The notes: generated by a model from the letters alone, not told the origin. A DNA stretch of 64,000 nucleotides from an uncultured Gemmatimonadaceae bacterium (GCA_963740355.1 CAVUDW010000003.1:1152001-1216000), one strand, 5' to 3'; counted from the first letter of the stretch, positions 38,031-49,072 are shown. Numbers and translations are program-made.

Positions 38031-40088
38031 CTACTGGTCCGACCGCGCCGTGATCGACGTGATGGTGGTTCCGTCAGTCACCACCCGCACCAGATGTCCC
38101 GTCACCACATACACATAGGTGTCGCCATCGCGGTCCACAGCTCGGCCGAGGCGCGACAGGGCGCTGATGGGCTGCCCAGGGGTGACACCGGCCAGTGACC
38201 ACGGGCCGGATGACATGATGCCGACGATGCGCTGACCGCCAGCCGGGTCCGGCTCGACGAGGAAGGCCACACCGGCCTCGTCGCTCTGGATGGTCTGGCC
38301 GGCGCCCACGGCACCAGGCAGCACGGTGCGGGCGTCACGCGGACGCATGCCCGTGCCAACCTTCTTCAATCCATCAGGCGACACGAGCTGGATAGAGCGG
38401 AAGCCCAGGTTGCCGATCTTGCTGTTGGCGCCGGGTGACGGGGCCACCGGGCGCGGCGCCGTGGTCGGCGTCGTCGGGGATGCGGAACCGGCGGGCAGCG
38501 TGGTCGGCGTACCGGCGCGGGCGGCCATCACGACCCGCCCCGCTTCCTGTCCCCACGGCTGCTGGCCGTAGATGTCGCGGTAGGCGGTGAGCAACGTGAG
38601 GCCGGTGGTCTTGTCCTTCTCGAACACCGAGCGTGCGTAGTTGAAGCAGACGCGCGTGCTCATCGGCTTGGTCTTGTCGCTGAGACAGTTGGTGCGCCAG
38701 GCCGTCTCCGAGGGCTGCGTGTTGCCGCCGGTGAGGATACGACCGAACACCGCGCGTGCGGAGTCGAGCTGGCCAGCCTGGTAGTACGCGATGCCAAGTG
38801 TGTTGAGCACCGACGCATCGCCGCTCGCGAGTTGCACGGCACGCTTGGCACGGGTCAACGCACGCGCCGAGTTGCCGGTGTACGCATCGAGCAATGCGAG
38901 GTTCGACAGGCTTGCGGGTCGATTGTCCACATCGGGAATCGCTTCCAGTGCCGTTCGCGCACGCGCCAGCAGCGAAACGTCACCGGTGCTGTTGTCACCG
39001 CGCAGTCCTTCCACGAAGCGCGTGCGCACGACACCGACCGTCGGCCGCACACCGAGCGCCCCGACCGGCACCGTCGACAGCCACTGCGTGAGCAACGCTG
39101 CACCCATCGCTTCATCGATGAACGGAGCGCCCGGCAGCGCACGACGCACGGAGTCGAGCATCGCGATGCCGCGATCGACTTCGACGTTGGCGCTGATCAA
39201 GCCGATGGCGCTGTCGTAGCGATCCTGTTCCTCCAGCATGCTGGCCCAGAGCCGCATGTAGAGCGCCGCGCGACGCACGGCGGACGGATGCGTGCTCATC
39301 ACACGCTCGCCCCAGAAGGCGTTCTCGCCTGATGCACGCTCCTCGGCCGCATCCATTTCCCACAGGCGCACCAGTTCACCGGCGTCGCTGAAGACATTCG
39401 TCTTGCGGGTGGCGAACATGATGTAGGCGCCGAGTGAGTCGGCGGCGAGTTCCTTGCCCTGCGAATACGAACGGCAGGCCACCACACCTGGTGCGGCGAT
39501 GCGCGTGCCCTCGGCCCTGCTGGCGGTGACGTCACCACCGGCTGCGAGGTTGTTCGAGCCGCGGCAGTTCGTGTCCTGGGCATGTCGCAGGATGAGATGC
39601 GACATCTCGTGCGCGATCACCGTCGAGAGGAAGACATCGCTCAACTCGGCCGCATTGCGACCGGTGCGCGGTGCCGCCTGGGCTGCGCGGCGATCGAGTG
39701 CCTCGATCATGCCCGTGTAGACGACGATCAGGTGATAGCCGTTGGACGGCCAGCCGGTCGCGAAGGCGTTCTGCTCGTTCTTGTTGAGCACGAGGAACCG
39801 CGTGGACCCGCCGATGTCGCGTGCGGCAGCGGCGATCGGGCGAATGAGGCGGGCGACGCGCTGGAAGCGGGCCGTCGTCAGTTCGCAGTTTGGCTTCTGG
39901 AAATCTTCGTTTTCGCGCAGCATGGTTTTCACCTGCGCTTCGAAGGCACTCTTGACCGCCGTTTCCGGGATGGCGGGCGACGGGTCGCAGGGTGCCTGCG
40001 CGCCGGCGGTACGAGCAACACTGCTGCCGATCACGAGCGTCAGGGCGACGGCGGCGCGGCGGAGTCCTGGGGAGAGGATCGTATGCAT
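38031..40088 (-). CDS. Secreted M48 family zinc protease with TPR region and C-terminal beta domain
   Basis: Signal peptide ...TAGAQ; NAFA, HEMSH, ELAAD, STHP; TPR-like LNTLGIAYYQAGQLDSA. Confidence 0.85.
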   Translation of the reverse strand: MHTILSPGLRRAAVALTLVIGSSVARTAGAQAPCDPSPAIPETAVKSAFEAQVKTMLRENEDFQKPNCELTTARFQRVARLIRPIAAAARDIGGSTRFLVLNKNEQNAFATGWPSNGYHLIVVYTGMIEALDRRAAQAAPRTGRNAAELSDVFLSTVIAHEMSHLILRHAQDTNCRGSNNLAAGGDVTASRAEGTRIAAPGVVACRSYSQGKELAADSLGAYIMFATRKTNVFSDAGELVRLWEMDAAEERASGENAFWGERVMSTHPSAVRRAALYMRLWASMLEEQDRYDSAIGLISANVEVDRGIAMLDSVRRALPGAPFIDEAMGAALLTQWLSTVPVGALGVRPTVGVVRTRFVEGLRGDNSTGDVSLLARARTALEAIPDVDNRPASLSNLALLDAYTGNSARALTRAKRAVQLASGDASVLNTLGIAYYQAGQLDSARAVFGRILTGGNTQPSETAWRTNCLSDKTKPMSTRVCFNYARSVFEKDKTTGLTLLTAYRDIYGQQPWGQEAGRVVMAARAGTPTTLPAGSASPTTPTTAPRPVAPSPGANSKIGNLGFRSIQLVSPDGLKKVGTGMRPRDARTVLPGAVGAGQTIQSDEAGVAFLVEPDPAGGQRIVGIMSSGPWSLAGVTPGQPISALSRLGRAVDRDGDTYVYVVTGHLVRVVTDGTTITSITARSDQ

Positions 40089-40337
40089 GGGCGGAGATAT
40101 AGTCGTGGAGCGAGGTCGGCAGGCAGGAAACGGATGAACGCCTGTCGCTCCGGGCTTCGGTGGCGAGACGTCTGCCCTGATGGACACGTCACGACCGATT
40201 CCGTGTCCATTCCAGCAGGGTCACCCGAACGGGTCAATTGCCCCGGGGCGACCCCGACCGTATTGCTTCCCCAGCGCGCCCACCGGTCATGTTCTGACTT
40301 GCGGGTCGGCACCTCCCTTATCGAGCGCCAGACGCAC

Positions 40338-42780
40338 ATGTCCTCCACACGTTCTTCCTCCCCGCTCGCCCTCGCGGCGTTGGCTCGGGTTTCCGGATTC
40401 CGCCGCCTCGGTTCTGGGCTGTCGGCGTTGCTGCTCTGCGCGCTGCCGATGATGACGGCGACGCCGCTCGCGGCGCAGGTTCGGCGCGCCTTGATCGTGG
40501 GGGTGAACGACTACGAGGCCTTCATTCCCGCGACGGCCGTGCGAACCGCGGTGGCCAGCGCGGCACGCCGCACACCGGCGCCGACGACCGGCGCACGTGG
40601 GGTGAGCGCGCGCGGCACGATCAGCAATCTCGAAGGCTCGGCCAACGATGCGCAGGCGGTGGCGCAGGTGATCACGGCCCGCTTCGGCTTTCAGCGGCCG
40701 AACGTGCGCGTGCTGATCGACAAGGCTGCCACCCGACAGGCGATCATCGATTCACTGACCGCGATGCTCGGCCGATCCAAGCCCGGTGACATCGCGTTCT
40801 TCAGCTTTGCCGGCCACGGGGCGCTCCGTCGCAACACGCTCACCCCAGGCAAGCAGGTCGACCAGACGCTGGTGCCGGTGGATGCCAATGCCGGTGCTGA
40901 AGACATTCGCGACAAGGAACTGGCCGCCATCATCGCACCGGCGGCGGCGCGTGGTGTGGTGATCACGGTGGTCATCGATGCCTGCAATTCCGGCTCCATC
41001 ACGCGCGGTGGCGTGCCGCAGTTGTTGAAGGAACGCTGGGCGTCGATCGATGAGCGCGACAAGGCAGAGCGCTACACTGGGCAGTTCCCGGCCGACGTTG
41101 GTGCGCTGGTGATTTCCGCGGCTGAGGACACGCGTCCGGCCAAGGAAGGCATCGACGAGAACAACGTGCGGCATGGCTTGTTCACTTCGGCGTTTCTGCA
41201 TGCGCTGATGTCGAATTCGACCAACGCCTCCGCACGCCAGATCTTCCAGAGCACGAAGGCGATCATGCAGGGGCGTGCGCCGGATCAGGTGCCGTCGATC
41301 GACGCGCAGCAGGCGCGGTTGCGTCAGCCGCTGTTCGGTGGCGCGAGCGGCGATGCCGCAGTGCGCACCACGGTCGCGCTGACCGGTTTGCGCGGCGAGC
41401 AGGCCGAACTCGATGGCGGCCTCGCGCTTGGCCTGCGACCGGGCACTGAGCTGGCGCGCCTGGTGAATGGCAAGCTGGATACGACGATGGTGGTGAAGGT
41501 CGAGCGCAACACGAGCATCGCGCGCAGCCTGGCGTCGATTGTGCGCGGTAGTGAAGACTCGCTCAAGATCGGTGACCTGTATGCGATCACACGGTGGGTG
41601 GCGGCGGATGAACCACTGCTTCGCGTCTGGGTGCCGGCACCGTTGGCGACGGAAGCGGATCGCGATGCGGCCGTGGCTGAAGCCCGGATCCTGAAGGCCA
41701 GCACCGCGATCACATGGATCGATGATCCGACGAAGATGCCCGCCGGCAATGCACCGCTGGTGACCGTCGCGTTCGAGGGCGGTTGGTGGACGCTGCGCAC
41801 CGGTCGCGAACAGCCGGTGCAGATTGGCGCGACGCTCAAGGCAGCGCGCGTGCTTGTCTGCGATCAATCAGCTCGGCGTGGCAAAACCCGCAGTCTGGCT
41901 CTCGATTCCGCCGACACGGGCGCTGGACAATGCGCTGGCGATCGGCGGCACATCGCAGGCCGCCGGCATCACGCGGGAAGGGGCGCCGGAAGGCGGGTTC
42001 TACGTGCTCGCAGGCCGCGTGACCGACACCGATGTCTCGTATGCCTGGGTGCGAGCGAACGCCTCGGCCGCCGACAGCGCGACGAGCGCCTTCCCGGCAC
42101 GGAGCAACTGGTTCCCGATCAGTTCGGCCCCATCAGCCGCCGCGGCTGGTGACTCGCTGCGCATGCGTGCCGAGGCGCTGGGGCGGGTGCGGACCTGGCT
42201 GACGATCGCCACGCCCCCGGATGAGGGGCAGTTCCCGTATCGCCTTGTGGTCGTGGATAGCGTGAGCGGCAAGCCGATCACCACCGATTCGATCACCGCC
42301 GGCACCGTGATCCAACTCCGCCTCGATGCGGACACGGCGCGGATGGCTGCGGCGGCTACCCGGCAACCACGGTTCGTCTACGTCTTCGACATCGACAGCA
42401 AAGGCAAGGCGACGCTGCTCTTCCCGTCGGACGGCACCAATGCCACGAACCGGGTGCCCTACTTCATGGGCAACAAGGAAGTCTGGCCGGACGCGATCCC
42501 CGTCACCGATGGCGGCGGGCGCGTGGCGTCGTTCGGAGCCACCGATGTCGGCGTGGAGTCGTTGCTGCTGGTGACGTCGGAGCAGGAACTGCCGCGGGAT
42601 GTCTTCGAGTGGGACGCCGTGATCACGACCGAGATCACCCGAGGCGGCAACGAATCGCAGATCGGCGGGCTGTTGCGGAGCCGAATGGGGGCGTCCCGCG
42701 GCCTTGGCGCCCGGCCGGGGTCGGCACCGGCCACCTGGTCGCTGCAGCGTGTGCAGGTCCGGATCGTCCCCAGCCGGTAA
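40338..42780 (+). CDS. Secreted caspase-family (C14) protease with C-terminal DUF4384-like domain; +1 frameshift ~41855
   Basis: RALIVGVNDY, FSFAGHG (His), DACNSG (Cys), HGLFT; second frame FVYVFDIDSKGKATLLFP...GVESLLLV. Confidence 0.85.
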
Positions 42781-42934
42781 ACCTCGCGGCATCTTGACCG
42801 AGGTCGTGTTCAGTCGTCTTGCCGAAGGACAGATTGTGGACGGTATTGTGTCAGATCGAGGTGTTCGAGTCTGTGATCGAGTGTTCGTGCGTGTCACGTT
42901 GCCGGCGTTCAGTCACGCCACCGAGGACAGTTCC

Positions 42935-45028
42935 ATGAGCCGTACATCGCTGCGTCACCGGATGCGTCAGGCCGCTCAGCTCGCGCTGACGACCGCGCTG
43001 GCAGGGCTGCTGGTGTCACCACTGACCGCGCAGGGCACGCGACGAGGGTTGGAGCCACGATCCGCATCGGGCTCCGCTGGCGCGGGATTCGGCACCTATC
43101 ACGCGATCATCTTCGCCGTCGGTGAACAGCAGCCAAGCAGTGGGCTGCCGTCGCTGCGCTTCCCGATCAAGGAAGCCGACAGCCTGCGCGCCGTGATCAC
43201 GCGTGAGTACACGTTCGATCCGAAGAATGTGCAGGTCGTGAAGAACCCGACGCGCGAAGCGATCCTCGACTCACTCGAGGCCGTGGCGCGCCGTCTCGGG
43301 CCGGAAGACAACCTGCTGGTGGTGTACAGTGGGCATGGTGGTTTTGACGAAGCCGGTCGCGAGGGCTACTGGCTGGCGGCCGACGCGGCGAACGCACGCA
43401 AGAGCACCTGGATTCCCAACGAGTCGATCCGCACCTGGCTGCGCACGCTGAAGGCGCGCTCGGTGCTGCTGATCACCGATGCCTGCTTCAGCGGTTCACT
43501 CAATCGCAGCAATGATGATCGCGTGGTGCTGCCCGCCGATAACCAGCGGGCGATTGCCGGAGCGCTGATGTATGCGCGCCGCAGCAGTCGCCAGGCGATG
43601 ACGGCCGGGACCGCGAAGGAGACGGTGCCGCAGGTGAGCATCTTCTCGATGGAGATCATCGCCGCACTGAAGGCCCGGCGCGCACCGGTGTTCATGGCGC
43701 AACAGCTTGCCGGTGAGATCAATCCGCGAGTCGCCGCCGTCGCACACACCACACCGACGTTCAGCGCAGTCCCCGGCATCGAGAGTGACCAGGGCGACTT
43801 CGTATTCGTGCGTCGCACCACGCCGACCGATGGTGGCGTGGTGGGCATGGATGATGTGTCGCGCAACAACACGGTCGGTGCGGCCACGGTGGCGCAGGGT
43901 GCAGGCGGCGTGCAGCGCGGCGCGACCGGCGCGGGCAACAGCACACCGCAACGCAATGTGGGCGCAACAGCGCCGGTGACGCAGCCTGTCACGACGCCAC
44001 GGGCTTCCTCCGGCAGCGGCAGCGGCAGCGGCAGCAGCGACCCGGGATCGAAGATGGGCAACATCGGCACCGGTACGCCGAGTACGACAACCGCGCGACC
44101 GGACGCGGCGCGCGCCGCCGCGGGTATCGAGGCGGCGCCAGTGATCGCTGCACCAACCCGACCGGCATCGAAGGCCGCACCAGGCTGCGATGGTGGCGTT
44201 GCATCCGGCTGCATCACGCTGGCGCTGAACCTCGAGTATGGTCGCAACAGTGTCGCGAAGAACGTGCCGCGCGCGGTTGGGCTCTACCGACTGGCGTGTG
44301 ATGCGAAGGATGCCGACGGCTGCATGAATCTTGGCCGCATGTACGACTCGCCGCACGAAGGGGTGTCGATGGATCGCGGCAAGGCGCGTGCATTGTATGC
44401 GCAGGCCTGCGATGCCGGCTCCGGCGACGCGTGCACATTCCTCGGCCTTGCCGCGTCGAAGGGTGAGGGTGGCCCGGTCGACGATGCGAAGGCCGCAGTG
44501 CTCTGGGCGAAGGGCTGCGATGCGGGACACATGCAAGGCTGCGCGCTGCTGGGTGTCGCGTACGCCAACGGCAAGGGTGCACCGAAGAATGAAACTCGTG
44601 CAGCCCTGCTGCTCCAGCGTGCATGCGCTGCCAATGAAGCGGTGGGTTGCGCCGCACTCGGCACCATGACCGCTGGTGGCAAGGGCGGACTGACGCGTGA
44701 CTCGGTGAAGGCGATCGGCTACTGGCGCCAGGCCTGCACCGCACCCGTGAGCGTGGCGGAAGGCTGTGCCTACCTCGGCGCTGGTTATCTGCGCGGGTCA
44801 GGCGTGATGCGTGATGACGTGCGCGCCGGCCAGTACCTGAGCCAGGGATGCGAAGGCGGATTCGCCTTCGGCTGCTCCTCGTTGGCCAGCATGTACGAAG
44901 CCGGCACGTCAGTCACCGCCAAAAGCATCACGCGAGCGGCGGAGTTCTACAAGCGCGGCTGCGATGGTGGCGACCAGAAAGCCTGTGCGTGGGTTACCGC
45001 GAACCCGCAGCCGGCACCGAAGAAGTAG
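42935..45028 (+). CDS. Secreted caspase-family (C14) protease with Sel1-like repeats
   Basis: Signal peptide ...LTAQ; YSGHG, DACFSG, GDFVF; about six Cys-containing Sel1 repeats (AC.....GC..LG..Y..G). Confidence 0.9.
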   Translation: MSRTSLRHRMRQAAQLALTTALAGLLVSPLTAQGTRRGLEPRSASGSAGAGFGTYHAIIFAVGEQQPSSGLPSLRFPIKEADSLRAVITREYTFDPKNVQVVKNPTREAILDSLEAVARRLGPEDNLLVVYSGHGGFDEAGREGYWLAADAANARKSTWIPNESIRTWLRTLKARSVLLITDACFSGSLNRSNDDRVVLPADNQRAIAGALMYARRSSRQAMTAGTAKETVPQVSIFSMEIIAALKARRAPVFMAQQLAGEINPRVAAVAHTTPTFSAVPGIESDQGDFVFVRRTTPTDGGVVGMDDVSRNNTVGAATVAQGAGGVQRGATGAGNSTPQRNVGATAPVTQPVTTPRASSGSGSGSGSSDPGSKMGNIGTGTPSTTTARPDAARAAAGIEAAPVIAAPTRPASKAAPGCDGGVASGCITLALNLEYGRNSVAKNVPRAVGLYRLACDAKDADGCMNLGRMYDSPHEGVSMDRGKARALYAQACDAGSGDACTFLGLAASKGEGGPVDDAKAAVLWAKGCDAGHMQGCALLGVAYANGKGAPKNETRAALLLQRACAANEAVGCAALGTMTAGGKGGLTRDSVKAIGYWRQACTAPVSVAEGCAYLGAGYLRGSGVMRDDVRAGQYLSQGCEGGFAFGCSSLASMYEAGTSVTAKSITRAAEFYKRGCDGGDQKACAWVTANPQPAPKK

Positions 45029-45854
45029 GCATGGCCGTGGCAACGGATGACGCTCGCCGCACATTGCGCGCTGCGACGTCGTCCTGCCAGGGCTGCGCCA
45101 ATTCGCGCAACACCGACTTCGCCACCACCGGATGCATGGCACCGGTGCGCGACAACATGCGCGCGAGCAATGCGCTCATCACCGGCGCGGCATAGCTGCT
45201 GCCGGTGACGGTCTTGGTGCCGCCACCGATCCACGGTGCCTGCACCCCCTGCCCTCCCGTCGCGAACTCGACGAGGTGGCCCGGCAGGTGATGAAAGACG
45301 CCCGCAACCGTGCGAGCCATGTTCACGGCGACGACCGTCGGAAAGTGCGACGGCCATTCGCGTCGATCGATGTCGACGTTCGAGCAGGCGGAGACGACGT
45401 GCACGTGACGCAGGTAGGCCTCGTCGACCCAGTCCTTGAACGGCAGCACGAACGCCGCATCGCCGCGACAGCCGAAGCTGCAGTTCAGGATGTGATAGCC
45501 GCGTTCCATCGCCAGTCGAGCACCGGCGGCGATGATCACGCTGCGACTCGCGAGATCCGCACCCAGGACACGAAAACTCCCGATCTGCGCGGCAGGTGCA
45601 ATGTCGTGAATGATCCCCGCGATCGCGGTACCGTGCCCGTACGCATCTTCGCCCGCTCCATCGCTGACGCTGACCCTCGGCCCCTCGCCGACGAGGATCA
45701 CATCGTCCGCGAGCGTCAAGCCATGCAGTGCGGGATGCGACGATTCGATGCCGGTATCGAGGACTGCGACGCGTATTCCGGCGCCGTCGCCGTCACGCAA
45801 CGCGGCACGTGGGCCGTCGAGGCGCAGGACGGCATCCTCAGCGCGCTCAGGCAC
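44994..45854 (-). CDS. Minimal cytoplasmic S8 subtilase
   Basis: VAVLDTG (Asp), HGTAIAG (His), GSSYAAP (Ser); no signal peptide or propeptide. Confidence 0.88.
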   Translation of the reverse strand: MPERAEDAVLRLDGPRAALRDGDGAGIRVAVLDTGIESSHPALHGLTLADDVILVGEGPRVSVSDGAGEDAYGHGTAIAGIIHDIAPAAQIGSFRVLGADLASRSVIIAAGARLAMERGYHILNCSFGCRGDAAFVLPFKDWVDEAYLRHVHVVSACSNVDIDRREWPSHFPTVVAVNMARTVAGVFHHLPGHLVEFATGGQGVQAPWIGGGTKTVTGSSYAAPVMSALLARMLSRTGAMHPVVAKSVLRELAQPWQDDVAARNVRRASSVATAMPTSSVPAAGSR

Positions 45855-46425
45855 CCTGCAACCCCAGCACCGAGTCGAGCAGCGTGAGGTCGATCAGGCG
45901 ACCAGCCACGTTGACATCCCGTTCGAAGTTCTCGAGATCCGCGGGTGAAAATCCTGGCGCCGCCGCCCCACCGGCCAATTGCACGCAGGAAACGACACCG
46001 CGCACGCCGCCGGCAAACACCAGCGGTACCGCCATCATCGCGACCGTCTGCAGCCCCAGCATGGTGTCCAGCGTCGAGTCACGCATGGCATTGCTGGCGA
46101 CGTCGTTTTCGCAGAACGCCTGCTCGGTGACCGCCACCATCCCGATGATGCCACGATCCAGTGGCTGCTCGAAACGGTCCACCAGTGTCTGTGCATGCGG
46201 GCCGCTGTTAATTGCCGGCACGAGCGAGTTTCCGCGAACCAGCCAGAGCGTGCCTTCATGCGCGCCAGAACGGACGAAGGACGTGAGGATCACGTCGCGC
46301 GCGGTCGCGGCCTGAGCGCTGCGCAGCCAGGGGCCATCAATCAGTGCACCGTACTCCTGCAGGCGGCGCTGCAACAGCGGTGCGCTGGCCGACAGTTCGG
46401 GGTCTGGGCGAAATCGATTCGGCAT
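45847..46425 (-). CDS. Stand-alone GAF domain protein
   Basis: GIIGMVA.T......D, D..LG.QT.AMMAVPL, GVVSCV, GFSPADL. Confidence 0.82.
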   Translation of the reverse strand: MPNRFRPDPELSASAPLLQRRLQEYGALIDGPWLRSAQAATARDVILTSFVRSGAHEGTLWLVRGNSLVPAINSGPHAQTLVDRFEQPLDRGIIGMVAVTEQAFCENDVASNAMRDSTLDTMLGLQTVAMMAVPLVFAGGVRGVVSCVQLAGGAAAPGFSPADLENFERDVNVAGRLIDLTLLDSVLGLQGA

Positions 46426-46436
46426 CGTGGTCTCTA

Positions 46437-48248
46437 TCAGGGAGCGGAAATCTGGGCGCTGCGCAGGCGGAATGCCTGTACCGGTTGCGAGCGTCCACTG
46501 AGCGACAACTCGCCGAGGTCGTCCACGGCCGGTGGCTTGCCTCCCAACAACAGCATCGTCGCGCCGGAGACGATGATGCGACAACGCATTGGTGCGCCGG
46601 AATCGTCCGGCAAGTCCACCGATTGCAGGCGTGCGGCCACGTTCACGACGTCACCCACCACGGTGTACTTGAGTCGTGTCGCGCCACCGATGGTACCCGC
46701 GACGGCGACGCCGCTGTGGATTCCGATGCGCGCCTGTGTGCCCGCCTTGCCGATTGACGCAGGCAGCAGGCGTTCGATGGTGGCAGCCAGAACCACCGCA
46801 CAGTTCACGGCGTTCTCGGCGTCACGTTCGATGTCGCGCGTATCGCGACGTGGCACCGGCACGCCGAAATCCGCCTTGATGCCATCACCGGCGAAGTCGT
46901 CGACCAGCCCACCGAATGTGGCAATGTCGGCCGTGCAGGCAGCCGTGACGTCGGTGAGGAGTTGCATCACCTCACTAGCAACGTGGCTTTCACTGAAACG
47001 CGTGAAGCCGCGCAGGTCGACGAACAACACCGTGACAGGCAGCTGCAGAGGTGCCGGACGTCCCCCCTCCAGGTACAGATGTCGTTCGCTCCACGCCGCA
47101 GTCGCAAGTTCCGGGGTCACGAAGCGAGAGAAGAGGAGTGTGGTGAGCCGCTGGCGTCGGCGCACTTGCCAGAACGACACCGCCTCCACGCCAAGCAGTG
47201 CCGCCACCCAGACGAGGAGCGTCGAGCCAAGCGGGAGCCACATGCCAGAGCCATCGACCAGCCAGAGCACCAGCGCCGCTTGCAGGAGAATTCCACCGAC
47301 AGCAAGAACTGGCGTCACTCGAATGGACGTCAGCGCGGCGCCAACCGCGCCGATCAGGACCCAGCTCGCGAGCCAGAGCACGACCAATGGCCATGATGCG
47401 TCGCGCACTGCCTGCCGTTCACCACGGGCGATCTGTATTCGATCGTTGATGTCGTGCGCAAGGATCGCCAGTGCCGGCATGGCGCCGACGCTGGTGGGAA
47501 CGGTGCTGCCATCGTCGATGCCGAGCAGCGCCACGGTGCCTGTCACGCGCTGACGCAGCGTCGCGAGATCGAGCGCCAGCACACTGTCGATCGACATGGC
47601 ACGAATGCCGTACCAGTCGCTTCCGGCGTCAGCGAAGCGTAGTCGGAGCGGTCGGCTGTCAGCCGGCTCCTTCGTCACCGGTGCTCGAGCGAGTCGGGCT
47701 GCGACTTCGTCGTCGAGCCAGCGCTCGCCAGTCGCGGCACGAGGCATCGTCCGTACGACACCATCGGGGTCACGCAACAGCGCCGTGAGCCCGATGCGTG
47801 GGCCAGTGTTCCGTCGTACTCGCAGTGCCTCGGGCACGAACCACGGCCACGCCACCGAGTCACCCGCGAGCGTGACGCCGACGACGACTCGCGGCGATGT
47901 CGCCAGCAAGTCTGGCAGCGAGCCAGCCGGTGCCACCGGCACCGACATATCGATGGCGATCGCGGCCGACTGTGCGCCGGCGGAGTCGAGGCGAAGCACG
48001 GCATCGGACACCATCCAATCGCCGGTGCGCGATGCGGCACGCACAACGAGCAGTTGGGGCGTGACTGGGGTATCAGCCAGTGCAGTGGCCACACGATCCC
48101 AGGCGGCGCGATCGAGGGAATCGCGAAGGCGAAGTCCCGACACCACCCCAATCGCCACCAGTGCCGCGAGAATCCCACCAGCGATCGCGAGGCCCTGCGC
48201 GTCAAGGAAACGTTCCCGTGTCGACGGGGTGTCGATCACTGGCGGCAC
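46437..48248 (-). CDS. CHASE2 domain class III adenylate/guanylate cyclase
   Basis: TM, periplasmic domain with DPDGVVR, three TMs, then TVLFVDLRGFT, GDG, RIGIHSG, YTVVGDVVNVAARL. Confidence 0.88.
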   Translation of the reverse strand: MPPVIDTPSTRERFLDAQGLAIAGGILAALVAIGVVSGLRLRDSLDRAAWDRVATALADTPVTPQLLVVRAASRTGDWMVSDAVLRLDSAGAQSAAIAIDMSVPVAPAGSLPDLLATSPRVVVGVTLAGDSVAWPWFVPEALRVRRNTGPRIGLTALLRDPDGVVRTMPRAATGERWLDDEVAARLARAPVTKEPADSRPLRLRFADAGSDWYGIRAMSIDSVLALDLATLRQRVTGTVALLGIDDGSTVPTSVGAMPALAILAHDINDRIQIARGERQAVRDASWPLVVLWLASWVLIGAVGAALTSIRVTPVLAVGGILLQAALVLWLVDGSGMWLPLGSTLLVWVAALLGVEAVSFWQVRRRQRLTTLLFSRFVTPELATAAWSERHLYLEGGRPAPLQLPVTVLFVDLRGFTRFSESHVASEVMQLLTDVTAACTADIATFGGLVDDFAGDGIKADFGVPVPRRDTRDIERDAENAVNCAVVLAATIERLLPASIGKAGTQARIGIHSGVAVAGTIGGATRLKYTVVGDVVNVAARLQSVDLPDDSGAPMRCRIIVSGATMLLLGGKPPAVDDLGELSLSGRSQPVQAFRLRSAQISAP

Positions 48249-48315
48249 GGATGCATCATACGGAAGTCACGATTCACGACGCGTTGCGTACAGACAAGGG
48301 GTGGTGTTGCGCTTC

Positions 48316-49038
48316 ATGAGACTCTCGTTCGGTTTTCCGCCGGCAGTGCTGCTGGCCGCTCCAGTGTTGCTGGCGTTGCTGGGTACGCGCCTGCAGGGGC
48401 AGGATACCACCCGATCCGCACCGCCGCCGCCCGCCGCGTCGCGCATCGCGGCGCGTTTGCTGGTGGTGTTCCGGCCACCCGTGCGCGGGGTGCGCCGCGA
48501 ACGAGCGCTCACGCGCGGTGGTGACGGCGCTCGCGCCCTGATTCCCGACGCACGCGTGGACACACTGGTACCGCAGACGCTCCGCGACACGCCGCATGTC
48601 GCGGTCTGCGCCGCCGGCGAGCCCGACTCGGCCCGGCTCACGGTGCGCATCACCGACAGCACGACCTCCACATCCGCCGATGGCATCACCTACGGGGCGA
48701 CCAGCGGAACCAGTCGGAGCGTGATGATCGGCCTTCGCGCCGGACTCAATCGCATCCCGCTCGCCTCCACCGGCCTCACGCTCGCCGACGGCGCCCTTGC
48801 CGAGTGGTCGCTCAGCACACGCTCCGGCGAGGTGTTCCTGCAGGAGTTCATTCAGCGGCACGTCGTACGCAGCACGCCAACGATCAATGCGCTGGCCACC
48901 AACGGCATCTGGTACGATGCCCTCGACCTGTTCGTGGTTGACGCGCTGCGCGGCATTCCACTGGCGAGCGAACGCCTCGATGCGTTCCTGACCAGCGTGG
49001 GTGCGATGCCATGCGCCGAGCCACCCGCCAGGCCATAG
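48316..49038 (+). CDS. Secreted DUF928-like protein
   Basis: FRPPVRG...TRGG near the N-terminus and LATNGIWYDAL near the C-terminus (DUF928 hallmarks as I recall them); divergent from the CHASE2 cyclase. Confidence 0.7.
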   Translation: MRLSFGFPPAVLLAAPVLLALLGTRLQGQDTTRSAPPPPAASRIAARLLVVFRPPVRGVRRERALTRGGDGARALIPDARVDTLVPQTLRDTPHVAVCAAGEPDSARLTVRITDSTTSTSADGITYGATSGTSRSVMIGLRAGLNRIPLASTGLTLADGALAEWSLSTRSGEVFLQEFIQRHVVRSTPTINALATNGIWYDALDLFVVDALRGIPLASERLDAFLTSVGAMPCAEPPARP

Positions 49039-49072
49039 GGATCATAGGAATGCACATGGCACGCGGCTGAAG

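Noticed and set aside
44011..44038. (GGCAGC)n microsatellite as a phase-variation tract
   Set aside because: In-frame hexamer encoding a Gly-Ser linker; slippage would not shift the frame
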